Shown here: positions 1-11,000 of the stretch, piece by piece
Position numbering within the stretch: position 1 is the stretch's first letter
Layout: each line of letters begins with the position of its first letter
NCBI GenBank assembly: GCA_043228905.1
Contig: JBHGNT010000376.1
Span: forward strand, 1 to 30,296
Direction of reading: 5' to 3'
DNA length: 30,296 bases
From: Azolla caroliniana
Lineage: Eukaryota > Plantae > Polypodiophyta
The notes under the pieces: generated by a model
What the model was told of the DNA's origin: nothing
Databases searched by the model: none
The model's input: only the letters and a program-made list of their open reading frames with translations
Position numbers and translations under genes: made by a program

Positions 1-2
1 AA

Positions 3-1319
3 GCATCTTGTATTTTCCGCCCGTTCGTCGGCGATCGCCGTCGCGGCCCGATCAACTGCCTGCTGGAGCTCGGCCATCCGTTCTTTATGCTCCGTTTCCA
101 GCCGTTTGTAGTCCCGGTGCAGGTGCTCAAAATCATCCGTCTTTTGCTTGAGTTGTGCGTTGATTTGACGACGGGCCCGGTCCTCGCGGTCCTTCTGCTG
201 GCGGAGCTCTTCCTTTAGCCGTTCAATCTCTGTTTCCGCCGTTTTCCGCAGCTTGTCCTTTTCCTGCAGCACTTTGTCTTTCTCCTCCTTTAGCCGGTCG
301 TACGCTTGATGGCCTTTCCGGAGGCTCTCCTCTGCCCGGCGGAGGTTCTCAGCAGTCTTCTTTAATTCGGCTTCGGCCGCCGTCTTCAATTCTCGTTCAC
401 GGCTCCTTAGCGCTTCTTGTGCGGCAAGTTCATCTCTCAATTCCGCAAGCTCCTGGGCTTGCGCCGCATCTCTCGCTGGAACGGTTTCCGTTGCCGGGGT
501 CTTATTGTTATGTATAGGTCGTTCCGTTTCTTTATTCTGTACACTTATTGGAGTCACCGGTGATTGGATCTGTGTTGCCGTTAAGGCCATTTTGGCCATC
601 TCTGTCGTGACCTGATCCAAGTCTTTTTCAAGGCACCGGATTCTGGATCGGGCCGTCTCTAGTTGTTCGATTGTGACGAGCAACCGTTCGCTTTGCGCTC
701 TTTCTTCCGCCTCAATATACCCCACTGCTCCGGCTATCTGTTCGCCTATCCACCGGAGCCACAGGCTACCGGTGCCTTGTTGTGCTTGCACGGAGGTTTG
801 ACAGATGGGCTCACTTGTAGAGGGGTGGTCCCGCCTGGTTGCGCCGAGTTGCAGTTCCGTTTTTGCCCGTGGACCACCCTGCTGTCCTGGTTCCCCTTGC
901 GCTTCTTCTTGGCTGACCGAGGGAGGCTGCATTGACCTTTCCGACTCTAGCGGGATGGGACTTGCTGGTGTTGCCGGTGGTGCCGGGGCTTCTGTTTCCG
1001 GTGCCATATGCACCGGTTCCGGTTCCTTCCTTGGCGTGGGAGTCTCACTAAGGGGAGCCGGTGTTCCCTCCGTCTGAGGGTCCGAACGTTTCCCGGCTGT
1101 CTCAACGGTCCTTGCCGACGACCGTCGCTGGAGGTGCTCCGTGGGCTCCTCCTCTATTTCCTCCTCCTGAGCTCCGGCATTGAGTTTTGCCGCCAAGGGG
1201 TCCGCTTCTCTATTCACCGGTCGACAGAGTGTCACCTTTACGGGCCGTGCCGGTGGTTCCTCCTGCGCCTCCGTTGGGCGCTTCCGGCTGCCGCCTGTTC
1301 TGCATCCGTCGCCTTTCCC
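3..1319 (-). pseudogene. C-terminal part of a long retroelement-associated accessory ORF: Pro/Glu-rich disordered linker followed by a long coiled coil; continues beyond the window
   Basis: By my manual translation the minus frame is stop-free from 1319 to the window edge (~439 codons): RKRPTEAQEEPPARPVKVTL...ELAELRDELAAQEALRSRERELKTAAEAELKKTAENLRRAEESLRKG...EIERLKEELRQQKDREDRARRQ. It is absent from the ORF track, presumably because no stop lies in the window. Confidence 0.75.
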
Positions 1320-1324
1320 TTACT

Positions 1325-2061
1325 TGTTAGGAAATAGGTCCCTCCGGATGGGAAGGGAGAAGAACAGTGCCGACGAACAAACTCGGCCGAGGCCGACAGG
1401 CCGAGGCCGAAATGGAATGAACCGGATGGGGAGTACCCGACTGCGGAGAGCCGGATGGTGTAGACCCGGTATGAACCGGATGGGGAGTACCCGACTACGG
1501 ACAGTCGGATGGTGTAGACCCAGTATGAACCGGATGGGGAGTACCTGACTGCGGAGAGCCGGATGGTGTAGGCCCGGTATGAACCGGATGAAGAGACATA
1601 TTCGTAAATATGTCTCTGAGAGCCCATCGAGGCTACGTTTGTAAATAGCCAGAAAGTCATATTAGTATAAATATGACTTAGGGCAAACTTTTAGTTGTGT
1701 CGTTTTGTTGTTGTCATTCTTCCTTGTTGGTGCAAGAAGAAGAGAGAGCGCGTAACTGTACAGAGAGAGAGAGAGAGAGACGAGGTCGTTGCCTCTGTTG
1801 TAACCGCCGCCTGTGGTGAAGATCTGAGAGCACGAGGTCGTTGCCTCAGTGAACTCACTGTTGTATATTCCTACATAGTGACAGTTTGCAGCCTGTGGGC
1901 TGCCGTGGTTTTTCCCTTATTTTGGGGTTTTCCACGTAAACCTCCTGTGTACCATTTTCTCCCCTTTGTGTCGCGTTTTTTTTATTACCTGTTTTTCTGT
2001 GTATGAAAAGAATCTCGGTTGTGGTCGAGCGTCGGACATAAGGAACGTCGAGTTCTCTACA
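1325..2061 (+). mobile_element. Solo LTR of a Ty1/copia element related to the 7338-12768 element
   Basis: Starts TGTTAG and ends CTACA, flanked by the perfect 5-bp TSD TTACT (1320-1324, 2062-2066). It shares GTCCCTCCGGATG, TAGTATAAATATGACTTAGGGCAAACTT, TGTACAG(AG)n and TTTTCCACGTAAAC blocks with the copia LTRs. No PBS or PPT is adjacent. Confidence 0.93.
1417..1590 (+). repeat. 54-bp tandem repeat (~3.2 copies) in the U3 region of the solo LTR
   Basis: Unit ATGAACCGGATGGGGAGTACCCGACTGCGGAGAGCCGGATGGTGTAGACCCGGT starts at 1417, 1471, 1525 and 1579 (partial). Confidence 0.95.
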
Positions 2062-2070
2062 TTACTGGCC

Positions 2071-2904
2071 TTAGATGCCAACAGTTGTTGCCGTTTGGAA
2101 GCCGTCCGCCACTCTTCCTCGCTTCTTGGGCTGAACGGGCTGGACGGGTGGCACAAGCAAGGTGAGCCACTGCGTTACGGCGTGCCATATCCTCCGTCCG
2201 TCTTGGCCTTCTTTGTCGTCTTTGCCTCTGACGATCTCGATCGCCGCACACAACCTGTCTGCGATCAATACCGGCCAATCCACCTTGATCCCTTCATAGG
2301 TGGCGATGATCATCCCTGCCCGGTTCTGCGGCATGACAGGGGGTCTAGGGTACACGTGGCCGTATTCATGGAGCACACGAGCAATTTCACGGAATAGCAT
2401 ATCTCCGCCGCCCTGTGTCCGGTAGCCCTTGCTGGCTAGAGAGTACTCACCAAAATACCTGATGAGTTGCTCTAGGGTTGGATTGTCGATTGTGAGTATA
2501 CCTCCCTCCGAAAGGCCTGTTAATGCTCGAATCGCCTTTGCCGTTATGACCTCTGTATCGATTTCTTTGATCACTTTGTCGGCTTCTTTGTGTGGCGGTA
2601 CTTCCATCATCATCAAGAAGCCCTCGAGCCCGTGTTGCTTTAGCCATGTCTTGGCGGCTTCCGACAGCATTTGCGGGTCCATGTTTGTGTCGAGGTCGGA
2701 TGGCGGTGGCGAGGTTGGATGGTGATGAGAGTGAGGTTGAGAAAGAGAGAGTTTAGAAGGTGGGGGTTCTCTGTGCGCAGGTTCTTGTCTGATGATCTTG
2801 CAACGTCTTGGTGCTTCTGTGCTCCTGGGTTCGTGAAAGTAGAGGGTCTCTACGCGCAGTGGTTTTTGTCTGTGCATTCTGGCGCCTTTTTCGAGTGTGT
2901 GCAT
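2071..2904 (-). pseudogene. N-terminal part of the same accessory ORF (likely start ATG at 2682, MDPQMLSEAAK...), a globular domain resembling plant LTR-retrotransposon extra/env-like ORFs
   Basis: 277-aa ORF with hydrophobic patterning (GIKVDWPVLIADRL...QWLTLLVPP) followed by an NLS-like PKKRGR. It becomes contiguous with 3-1319 once the solo LTR is removed. The family assignment is an inference. Confidence 0.6.
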
Positions 2905-3085
2905 GTCGTGTACTAAAATAGCATTATGTCCTGTGGTGGCGCTTTAAATGCCCACTACGTACCTTTTCGCTCCTCGCTCTTTCATCCATTCATTCCTCAC
3001 TTTTGCATGATTGTTTTTCTGGAATATACATCAATTTTCTATGATAAAGCATAAATGAAAATAATATCCTACAAAATACAATTCA

Positions 3086-3139
3086 TAGTCTAATGGTAAG
3101 AGCTCGACCCATGTAACATAAGGTCATGGGTTCGAGTCT
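3086..3139 (+). other. tRNA-like Pol III A-box/B-box segment (possible tRNA-derived SINE head)
   Basis: TAGTCTAATGGT (A box, 3086) and GGTTCGAGTCT (B box, 3129) lie at tRNA-like spacing. No acceptor or anticodon stems form, so it is not a functional tRNA. Confidence 0.45.
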
Positions 3140-3148
3140 TGCCATATC

Positions 3149-4430
3149 ATGACACCGGCTGAGCCTGAAATCGGGACCCCCGAAGAGAGTTCGATTTCAT
3201 TTCGGTTACGTGGACCGAATGGACGACTAAGTCGGTACGACCAGTCCGATGAAGAGCCGATGAGTAGTGGAGACTCGGTCGTGCATTCCCCGTGTAGGAA
3301 GCCGAGGAGACGGCTTACGCGCGAAGAGAAAGGGAAGAAGAAGGTGTCGGATTCCGGCACGGATAGGAACGAGTCAGACCGACGCGAGTCCGACTCCGAG
3401 GGAAGCGGCGACGGGCCTTCAGGAACGAAGTTCGCATCGGCCGAGAAAACCTCGACATCGGCAAATGACCAATTACGCCGATCTACCCGCCAAAAGAACC
3501 CAGTTGTGCGGTTTGGATACAACGAGTACATGGCGCATCACTATGCGTACATGACCCGTGTAGCGGAAGTGCGTGAGCCGGGAGCTACGCAGAGGCGGCG
3601 AAGGACGCGATGGAGGAAGAGATGCACGCATTGGCGGAAAACGAGACCTAGGACCAGGTTGACGCACCGAAGGGTGTGAAGCCGATCGGATGTAGGTGGG
3701 TGTACAAGGTCAAGTACAACACCGACGGCTCGGTCAACCGATACAAGGCCCGGTTAGTGGCAAAAGGCTACGCGCAAAAACATGGCATCGACTACGATGA
3801 GACGTTTGCGCCGGTCGCAAAGCTGATGATCGTCCGTGTTTTGCTCGCAGTAGCTTCGGCCAAGGGGTGGCACCTACATCAGATGGATGTAAAGAATGCA
3901 TTCCTGCAAGGTGAGCTTGAGGACCAAGTGTACATGGTACAACCCCCTGGATTTCACTCCGGACCGAACACGTCAGCAGTATGCCGATTGAAGAAGTTCC
4001 TTTACGGACTGAAGCAAGCCCCGCGTGCCTGGAATGCAAAAATCATGCATCGGTTGCGTCGGATGGGCTTTGCGATGTCAAAATCGGACTCCTCGTTGTT
4101 CATTCGGAAAGGTCGACTCGGGCCAGTCAGTATCTTACTCTATGTTGATGATTTGGTCATCACCGGCGCCGACCTAGGTGAGATCAACCGCGTGAAGCTC
4201 CAGCTTGCGGCATCATTCGACATGAAGGATTTGGGGGACCTTCATTACTTCCTCGGGATCGAAGTGATCCACACCCCTGAAGGCATACTAATCAGCCAAC
4301 CTCATTACGCGCTGAATATGCTCTTCAAATTCGGGATGGCAGACTGTAAGTCCGTCTCGACTCCTCTGGACAAAACTGTCAAGCTTCGCCCTAATTCCGA
4401 CAAGGTTTGCGATCCGACAAGGTTCCAACA
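3149..4430 (+). pseudogene. Ty1/copia pol fragment (integrase-RT linker and reverse transcriptase), truncated at both ends
   Basis: Motifs LRRSTR, KPIGCRWVYKVK, RYKARLVAKGYAQKHGIDYDETFAPVAK, QMDVKNAFL, LYGLKQAPRAW, LYVDDL and DLGDLHYFLGIEV. A frameshift/deletion lies at ~3580-3610 and a TAG at ~3649-3651. Confidence 0.93.
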
Positions 4431-5873
4431 AGTTGTTGGAGTTGAGTATGGAACAGACATCACCACAACCTCAAAGGAATCTGTCCACATTGTTAATGGT
4501 CTACTCTACCGTAATGGGAAGGTTTGTGTTCCAAATTTAGTTGAGTTCAAAAAAAGAGAATTCTTTTTTAGTGCCATGATGCACCCTCAGTAGGGCACCC
4601 TAGAATACATCGCACGCTCATTCTCATCTCCACTCAATTCTACTGGCCTAAGATGCGTCCTGACATACATAACTATGTGACTAAATGTCACCAATGTCAA
4701 GTTAACAAAGTCGAGCGACTTCAAGCCGTTGGACTTTTACATCCCTTAAAAATTCCCAACAATAAGTGGGAAAGTATATCCATGGATTTTATTGTTAGGC
4801 TTCCTCACACCCAAAAAGGCCATGATGTTATCTAGGTTGCGGTTGATAGACTAACTAAAATGGCTAGATTTATTACTACTAAAACCACGGTAACAGCTCC
4901 TAAATTGGCTTACCAATTTGTTGATGAGTTATTTCATTTTTATGGGTTACCGATGGATATCTGGGTGATCGAAATCCATAGTTTACTAGCAACTTTTGGA
5001 CACAAGTCTTTAAGAAGTTAGAAACTATATTGAGCATGAGCTCCACGAATCATCCTCAATCCGATGGGCAGACAGAACGAGTAAATCAAATTATTGAGGA
5101 CATGCTTCGAGCATACATTGATGCAAAGCCAACAAAATGGGAACGTTATCTCCCAATTTTGGAGTTTGCTTATAACAGCTCCAAACATACATCAATGGGA
5201 TATAGTCCTTTTATGTTGATGTATGGTTTTCAGACATGAGCCTTGATTGATGTTAATATACATCATGATGAGTTTTGAAGTACGCAAAACTTTCTTTGGG
5301 ATATGCAAGATATGTTGCATATTGCACGAGATAATATAAAAACAACTCAAGATAGAGCACGTTTTTATTCCGATCATAAATAGGCAACCTCGTGTATTCA
5401 ACCCTAGACATAAGGTATTTTTACGTGTACCTCACAATTCTAAGACATTGTCTACAGGTAAGAGCGCTAAGTTAGCCCCACGGTTTTGTGGACCTTTTAT
5501 AGTCCTCAAACGCATTGGTTCGTCAACCTATCGTCTCTCTCTTCCTGATGATGTTGAAATCCATTTAATTTTCCATGTAAGTCGTCTAAAGGAACTTCTT
5601 GGTTTTGGCGACAATACAGTCACAACTGAAACTCTAGTTACTTCTGAAGAATTACCTTCTAAACTACATGTACCAAAGAGAATTCTCGATGTTAAAACGA
5701 AAAATTTGCATTCTAAAATAATCCTAGAATTTAAAATTAAATGGATGGATAAATCTATAAGAGATGTCACATGGGAACGAGAAAATACTCTTAGAACTAA
5801 CTTCCCTAACTTTTCATTGCAAGAGTGTAATGTTTTAAAGGGGGGGGAGTATGTTATGGGCATGACCATATAA
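4431..5873 (+). pseudogene. Degenerate gypsy integrase with C-terminal chromodomain
   Basis: Zn-binding region (HDAP..GHP..FYWPKM..CHQCQ), WESISMDFI, VDRLTKMA, HPQSDGQTERVNQIIEDMLR, KLAPRFCGPF, IFHVSRLK, and chromodomain PKRILD..FKIKW..DVTWE. It has many stops and frameshifts. Confidence 0.9.
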
Positions 5874-6327
5874 TATCTCGTGGTAAGATTGTACCATATT
5901 ATTCTATACATGTGGATAAAGTGTGAGAGTTAAATGAGAGTGTCAAGAAGGGAAGGATCACTTTTAATCCTTGGGATTGGGATGACCCATTCAGGTCAAG
6001 TGTGAACTTGCCTGGGGGCCTTAGGTCTAGCTATAGATATGAGGCCTAACAACCCTCATTTGACACATTATCAACTACGTCGAGACTCTGTCCTCATGGT
6101 GATCAACTCTTGAAGTGAGCGCACCAGTACCAGGTACGACTCGATGCCACCGTGGTAGTAGGGGACGTCGATCAAGGCTCGAGTCCATCTCCATCCCTTC
6201 GCTTGGGGGTGGTCGGGTGGATCAACACCCTTTTTCTCTCTCTCCTCTCTTTCCTATCTATCTATTATATCATTATCATATGCTTACATTAGGATCTAGC
6301 TCTAACAACATAGGTACCTACATGACA
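5852..6327 (+). repeat. 3' LTR of the chromovirus (~476 bp)
   Basis: Begins TGTTATG 2 nt after the PPT and ends CATGACA (imperfect terminal inverted repeat). The right boundary is supported by homology to the inverted LTR starting at 7141. Confidence 0.75.
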
Positions 6328-6499
6328 GTCAAGCAGCATTTGGCTTCATATATAAATATGGAACTAACTACTCCATTTTATCATATCCTTGGTGAGACTC
6401 TTAGCCTTTCAAGGTGGTTTGCCGAAGTTCTTGTGTGAAGACGCCTATTGTGGTGCCTTAGTAAGTTCCGGACAACTGACGGTCCCAAACATGATTGGA

Positions 6500-6890
6500 A
6501 CTTACAAAACATCCCAATCCTCAATGAAGTTCAATGTCAAGCATGGATGGATATAGCAAATCGATTCCTCAGTGAAGACACCTATAATTGGTACTTGTTG
6601 GCGGAGGAAAAGAGTTCTGTCAAGGATTCAAGGGAGTTAATTAGAGGATGTTAAACTACATCATCCCACCAAATGAGTTGTGTAAATTATGGCATGAATG
6701 GAGATAATTGAAATAAGAATTCTAGAAACTCAAAGAGTAGATTATTAAATATCGAAAACTAATGTTACGAATTACTAACATGCACAATTTTGACTAGTTG
6801 CAATGGTTTCTTTATGGTTTATGACCTTTAATATGGAGGGAAGTGGTGAACCTAGAATCAGTGGACCTGGAGGAAGTTATATCATGGAGT
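6500..6890 (+). pseudogene. Highly degenerate Ty3/gypsy gag (retrotransposon gag domain) remnant
   Basis: FLSEDTYNWY followed, after a frameshift, by LNYIIPPNELCKLWHEWR*LK*...IIKYRKLMLRITNMHNFD*LQWFLYGL*PLIWREVV..DLEEVI, which fits the gypsy gag pattern LKQ..V.EY..F..L....M...D.L..F..GL.P. Confidence 0.6.
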
Positions 6891-7337
6891 ACATAGGCGA
6901 TTGGGAAAGCTCTCAACTAAAGTAGTATTTCTTTGAAAAAGTGAACCTAATGAGCATAAGCAATTGGAAAAGCTCCCCGCCAAAGCATGATTCCTTGGAA
7001 AAAGCAAACCTAACAACTCCACTTATGGAGACTCAAGCTCTAGAAGACCTAGGTGAATGTGGTGCACTCATTCAACTCCAAACAAGAGGCAATCCCAAAC
7101 ATGGTTTGGACTTACCAAACAACCCAATCCTAGTCCCAACCGTTATGTCAAACCCTTTGTTAGAATCTAACTAATTAAGTACGAAAAACATAAAGAATTA
7201 TGGACCAAAGAAAGGAAAGAGGGGTATTAAACCACCTACCCACCCCCTAGAAATAACATGAGATAGACCCAAACCTCCTGAATGTCTCACACCATCGAGG
7301 GTTGATGCGAGTAGTTACCTTGGGTTCTACAAAGATC

Positions 7338-7678
7338 TGTTGGGAGACAAGTCCCTCCGGATGGTGAAGACCCGGTGAGAACCGGATGTGGAGTACCCGG
7401 CAACGGAAGACCTGGTGAGAGCCGGATGAGGAGTACCCGGAAACGGAAGACCCGGTGAGAACCCGATGACGAGTGCCCGGCAAGCGCCGGAAGATGCAGG
7501 CCCGATGAGGAGTGCTCACCGGATGAAGGGACATATTCGTAAATATGTTTTTGAGAGTCCATCGGGGCTATATTTGTAAATAGCCGAAAAGTCATTTTAG
7601 TATAAATATGACTTAGGGCAAACTTAGTGCAGAGTTTGCCATTGTCGTTGTCGCGATTGTGAGAGAGCAACTGTGTAC

Positions 7679-7711
<33 letters not shown>

Positions 7712-8005
7712 CGAAGAGTTCGTATCTCTGTTGTAACCACCGCCTATGGCGAAGACAGTGAACAAGAGGTCTTTGCCTCTGCGTTCATCTATTGTATATT
7801 GTTACATAGTGATAATTAGCAATCAGTGGACTGCCGTGGTTTTTTCCCTAGTTTGGATTTTTCCACGTAAACATCCTGTGTACTCTTCTCTCCATTGTGT
7901 CGTGCATTCATTCCCGTTTTTTCTGTGTTTGATTCTAAGCTTGGTTGTGGCCAAGTGTTGTACTCTTCGGTTGTAACCGGAGACTATTCCGCGTATTTTC
8001 TTACA
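7338..8005 (+). repeat. 5' LTR (668 bp) with three 40-bp U3 repeats (7366-7485), TATA box and (AG)n tract
   Basis: Direct repeat of 12092-12768; TATAAATA at ~7601. Confidence 0.97.
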
Positions 8006-8008
8006 AAG

Positions 8009-8020
8009 TGTTATCAGAGC
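8009..8020 (+). promoter_or_regulatory. Primer-binding site for tRNA-iMet (one mismatch)
   Basis: TGTTATCAGAGC vs canonical TGGTATCAGAGC, 3 nt after the LTR end. Confidence 0.9.
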
Positions 8021-8036
8021 GAACCGACATATAACA

Positions 8037-11000
8037 ATGGACGATTCGTTGGGCGGCATGTTCAAGCTCACCGGCTCCAATTATTCAGTGTGGAAGTCGA
8101 AGATGAGGGACATGCTCGTGGTCAAAGATCTTTGGTTGCCGGTTCAGTTTGGGGACAAGAGACCGGACAAAATCGATGCCACGATATGGGAGGTCATGCA
8201 GATGAAGACAACGGCGTACATACGGTGCTTCATCGACATGAGTCTATACAACAACTTCAATGAAGTGAGCAAGGCTCATGAGCTCTAGGAGAAGATCGGC
8301 ATTATGTTTCAGAACAAAAATGTTGTTAACCAGGTTTCGGTATTCCGGAAGCTAGTAAGACTCTGGTACCAAGATGGCTCCAACATGGCGGAGCACATGA
8401 ATGCCTTCCAGGGGCTGATACACCAGGCAACATCATTGGAAGTACCTCTCGCCGATGAGGTACTAGCGCTACTCCTGCTCAGTTCCCTCCCGGATAGCTG
8501 GGAGACGTTGGTTGTCACTTTGGGCAACGCCGGGCCGAAAGGGAAACGGTTATCCCTAGCAAGAGTGAAGTCGAGCTTGCTAGATGAGGAGGCGCGTCGG
8601 AAAGATAAGGACACGAGCTCCGACTCCAAAGCGCTCCTTGCCGAATCGGAACGCGGAAGACAAAGGAACCGTAGTCCCTAGAACCGGGAGAAGTCGGGGA
8701 TACAGTCCAAGTCAAGGGGGAGGCCTACCTGCTTCTATTGCGGCAAGCCAAGACACTTCCAGAAGAACTGTCGGCACTTCCGAAAAGACAAGGAAACTGA
8801 CGATACCGATTCGAAGCGGACACCAGACTGGAACGGTAAAGACCGGAGGGGGCCGGAGGGGGCCAGACCAGAAGGGAACGACGGCAATCGCGGCAAGTGA
8901 AGAAGACTTTATGCTCATCACCGAGGAGAGTGAGCTAAACCTTGTCGGCAACGAGATGACCTGGGTGGTCAATTCCGGAGCGTCATTCCACCTTACCCCG
9001 GACCGGAAATGCTTCTCATCCTACTCAGCGGGTGATCACGGCTGTGTCCGGATGGGGAATGAAGGTACATGCCGAATTGTCGGCACAGGAGACGTGTGGT
9101 TGACAACACCAACCGGATGCAAGATGTTGTTGAAGGATGTCCGACACGTTCCGAAGGTTCGCCCGAACCTGATATCAGCCGGTCGGCTAGATGATGAAGG
9201 CTACACGTGTAGCATCCGGAACGGTGTTATGAAGTTCAGCAAAGGGAGCTTGATTGTGGCTCGGGCCCGGAAGGTCAACACATTGTACCTGATGAATGCT
9301 CGGTTATGCCCGGAGGAAGTGAACGTAGCATCCGACACTGCTGGTGAGTTGTGGCACAAACATGAGCGAGAAGGGGATGAAGAGGCTTGCAGACAACAAC
9401 CTCATTCCAGTAAAGAACGTGCACTTGGAGAAGTGCACTGATTGTCTGGCCGATAAACAAAACCGGACCTCCTTCCGATCGAGGCCACCGATGAGACGTA
9501 ATGCACCACTGGAGTTGGTGCATACCGATGTATGTCAAGTGGACACGAAGTCACATGCCGGATCGCAGTACTTCGTGACGTTCATAGATGACCACAGCCG
9601 GAAGCTGTGAGCCTCACCGTTGAAGACGAAGGATTAGGTGCTATCCGTCTTCAAAGAGCTCCACGCGAGAGTGGAAAGAGAAACCGGCCGGAAGCTTAAG
9701 GTGGTTCGAGCAGATAACGGAGGAGAATACCGAGGGCAGTTCGAGAAGTATTGCCGCTCGAAGGGAATCCGGCTCGAATTTACCGTGCCAAAGACGCTGG
9801 AACTAAACGGGTTGGCCGAGAGGATGAACCAGACCATAATGGAGAGGGTCGGAGTATGCTGGCGCATGCAAAATTACCCAAGACGTTTTGGGTTGAGGCG
9901 CTGTCGACAACGACGTATGTGATAAACAGATCACCCTCAGTACCCTTGGACGGAGACACGCCGCAGATGATGTGGACCGGTAAGGAAGTGTCCTACCGGC
10001 ATCTGAAGGTGTTCGGGTGTCTCATGTACGTGCATGTTGCTACGGACCGGAGAGGAAAGTTAGATCCAAAGACCCGGCCATGCATATTCCTCGGTTACGG
10101 CGACGATGAGTTCAGCTACCGAGTGTGGGACCCGGTCAACAAGAAGGTATTCCGGAGTCGAGATATTATCTTCATGGAGGACAAGACGCTCGCCGACTGG
10201 GAGTCGGAGAAGAAGGTAATGAACTCCGAGTCGACCGGTAAGGATCGATTCTACGATGAGCAGCCCCAACCAGCAAGAGATCGGTTAGCACTCGATGAAC
10301 CCGCCGGTTACGGTGAGGATACCGAACCGGTAGAAGAAGAAGTAGAGGAAGTTGGAACCGGAACCGGCCAAGACCCCGAATCGGATTCGGATGAAGATCA
10401 AATAGTGGAACCGGTTGCCGAAGGCCAAAGACAGTGATATCCTCTCAGAGAGAGAAGGGCCCCCCGAAGATTTCCGGATGCAGAGCATGTGCTGCTGACC
10501 GATGAGGGAGAGTCGGAAAGCTTCGAAGAAGCGAAGGATGACACCCACAACCGCAAATGGTTAAGTGCCATGCAGGATGAGATGGATTCCTTGCATGAGA
10601 ACCATACGTACGAATTGGTGGAGTTGTCGAAAGGAAAGCGGGCACTCCGAAATAAGTGGGTGTACAAGTTGAAACCGGGAGATGCCGGCAACCCCCCGAG
10701 ACACAAAGCCAGGATCGTGGTGAAGGGGTTCCAATAGAAGAAGGGCGTGGACTTCGACGAGATATTTGCCCCGGTAGTGAAGATGACCTCCATCCGGACG
10801 GTGCTGAGTATAGCGGCAAGCATGGACCTCGAGGTAGAGCAGCTGGACGTGAAGACGGCATTCCTTCACGGTGACCTCGAAGAGGAGATTTACATGCAGC
10901 AACCGGAAGGATTCGTGGAGAAAGGGAAGGAGCACCTAGTTTGCCGGTTGAAGAAGAGCCTATACGGACTGAAGCAAGCTCCCCGACAATGGTACCGGAA

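Larger units (their letters stand above)
4431..6327 (+). mobile_element. 3' portion of a Ty3/gypsy chromovirus (integrase + chromodomain + PPT + 3' LTR)
   Basis: Integrase and chromodomain motifs, PPT AAAGGGGGGGGAG (5837-5849), and an LTR TGTTATG...CATGACA. Confidence 0.85.

Noticed and set aside
663-1337. Plus-strand ORFs of 90-109 aa
   Set aside because: Shadow frames of the GC-rich minus-strand coiled-coil ORF; no motifs.
1417-1590. Regular repeats here and at 7366-7485 as a possible CRISPR array
   Set aside because: Head-to-tail units with no unique spacers, inside plant LTRs, and no cas genes.
3079-3150. Functional tRNA gene
   Set aside because: Acceptor and anticodon stems do not pair; kept only as a tRNA-derived segment.
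6328-6352. PBS after the LTR at 6327 (TGGCTTCATA), which would make it a 5' LTR for the downstream gag
   Set aside because: Poor match, not adjacent to the LTR end, and the LTR is preceded by a PPT and integrase.
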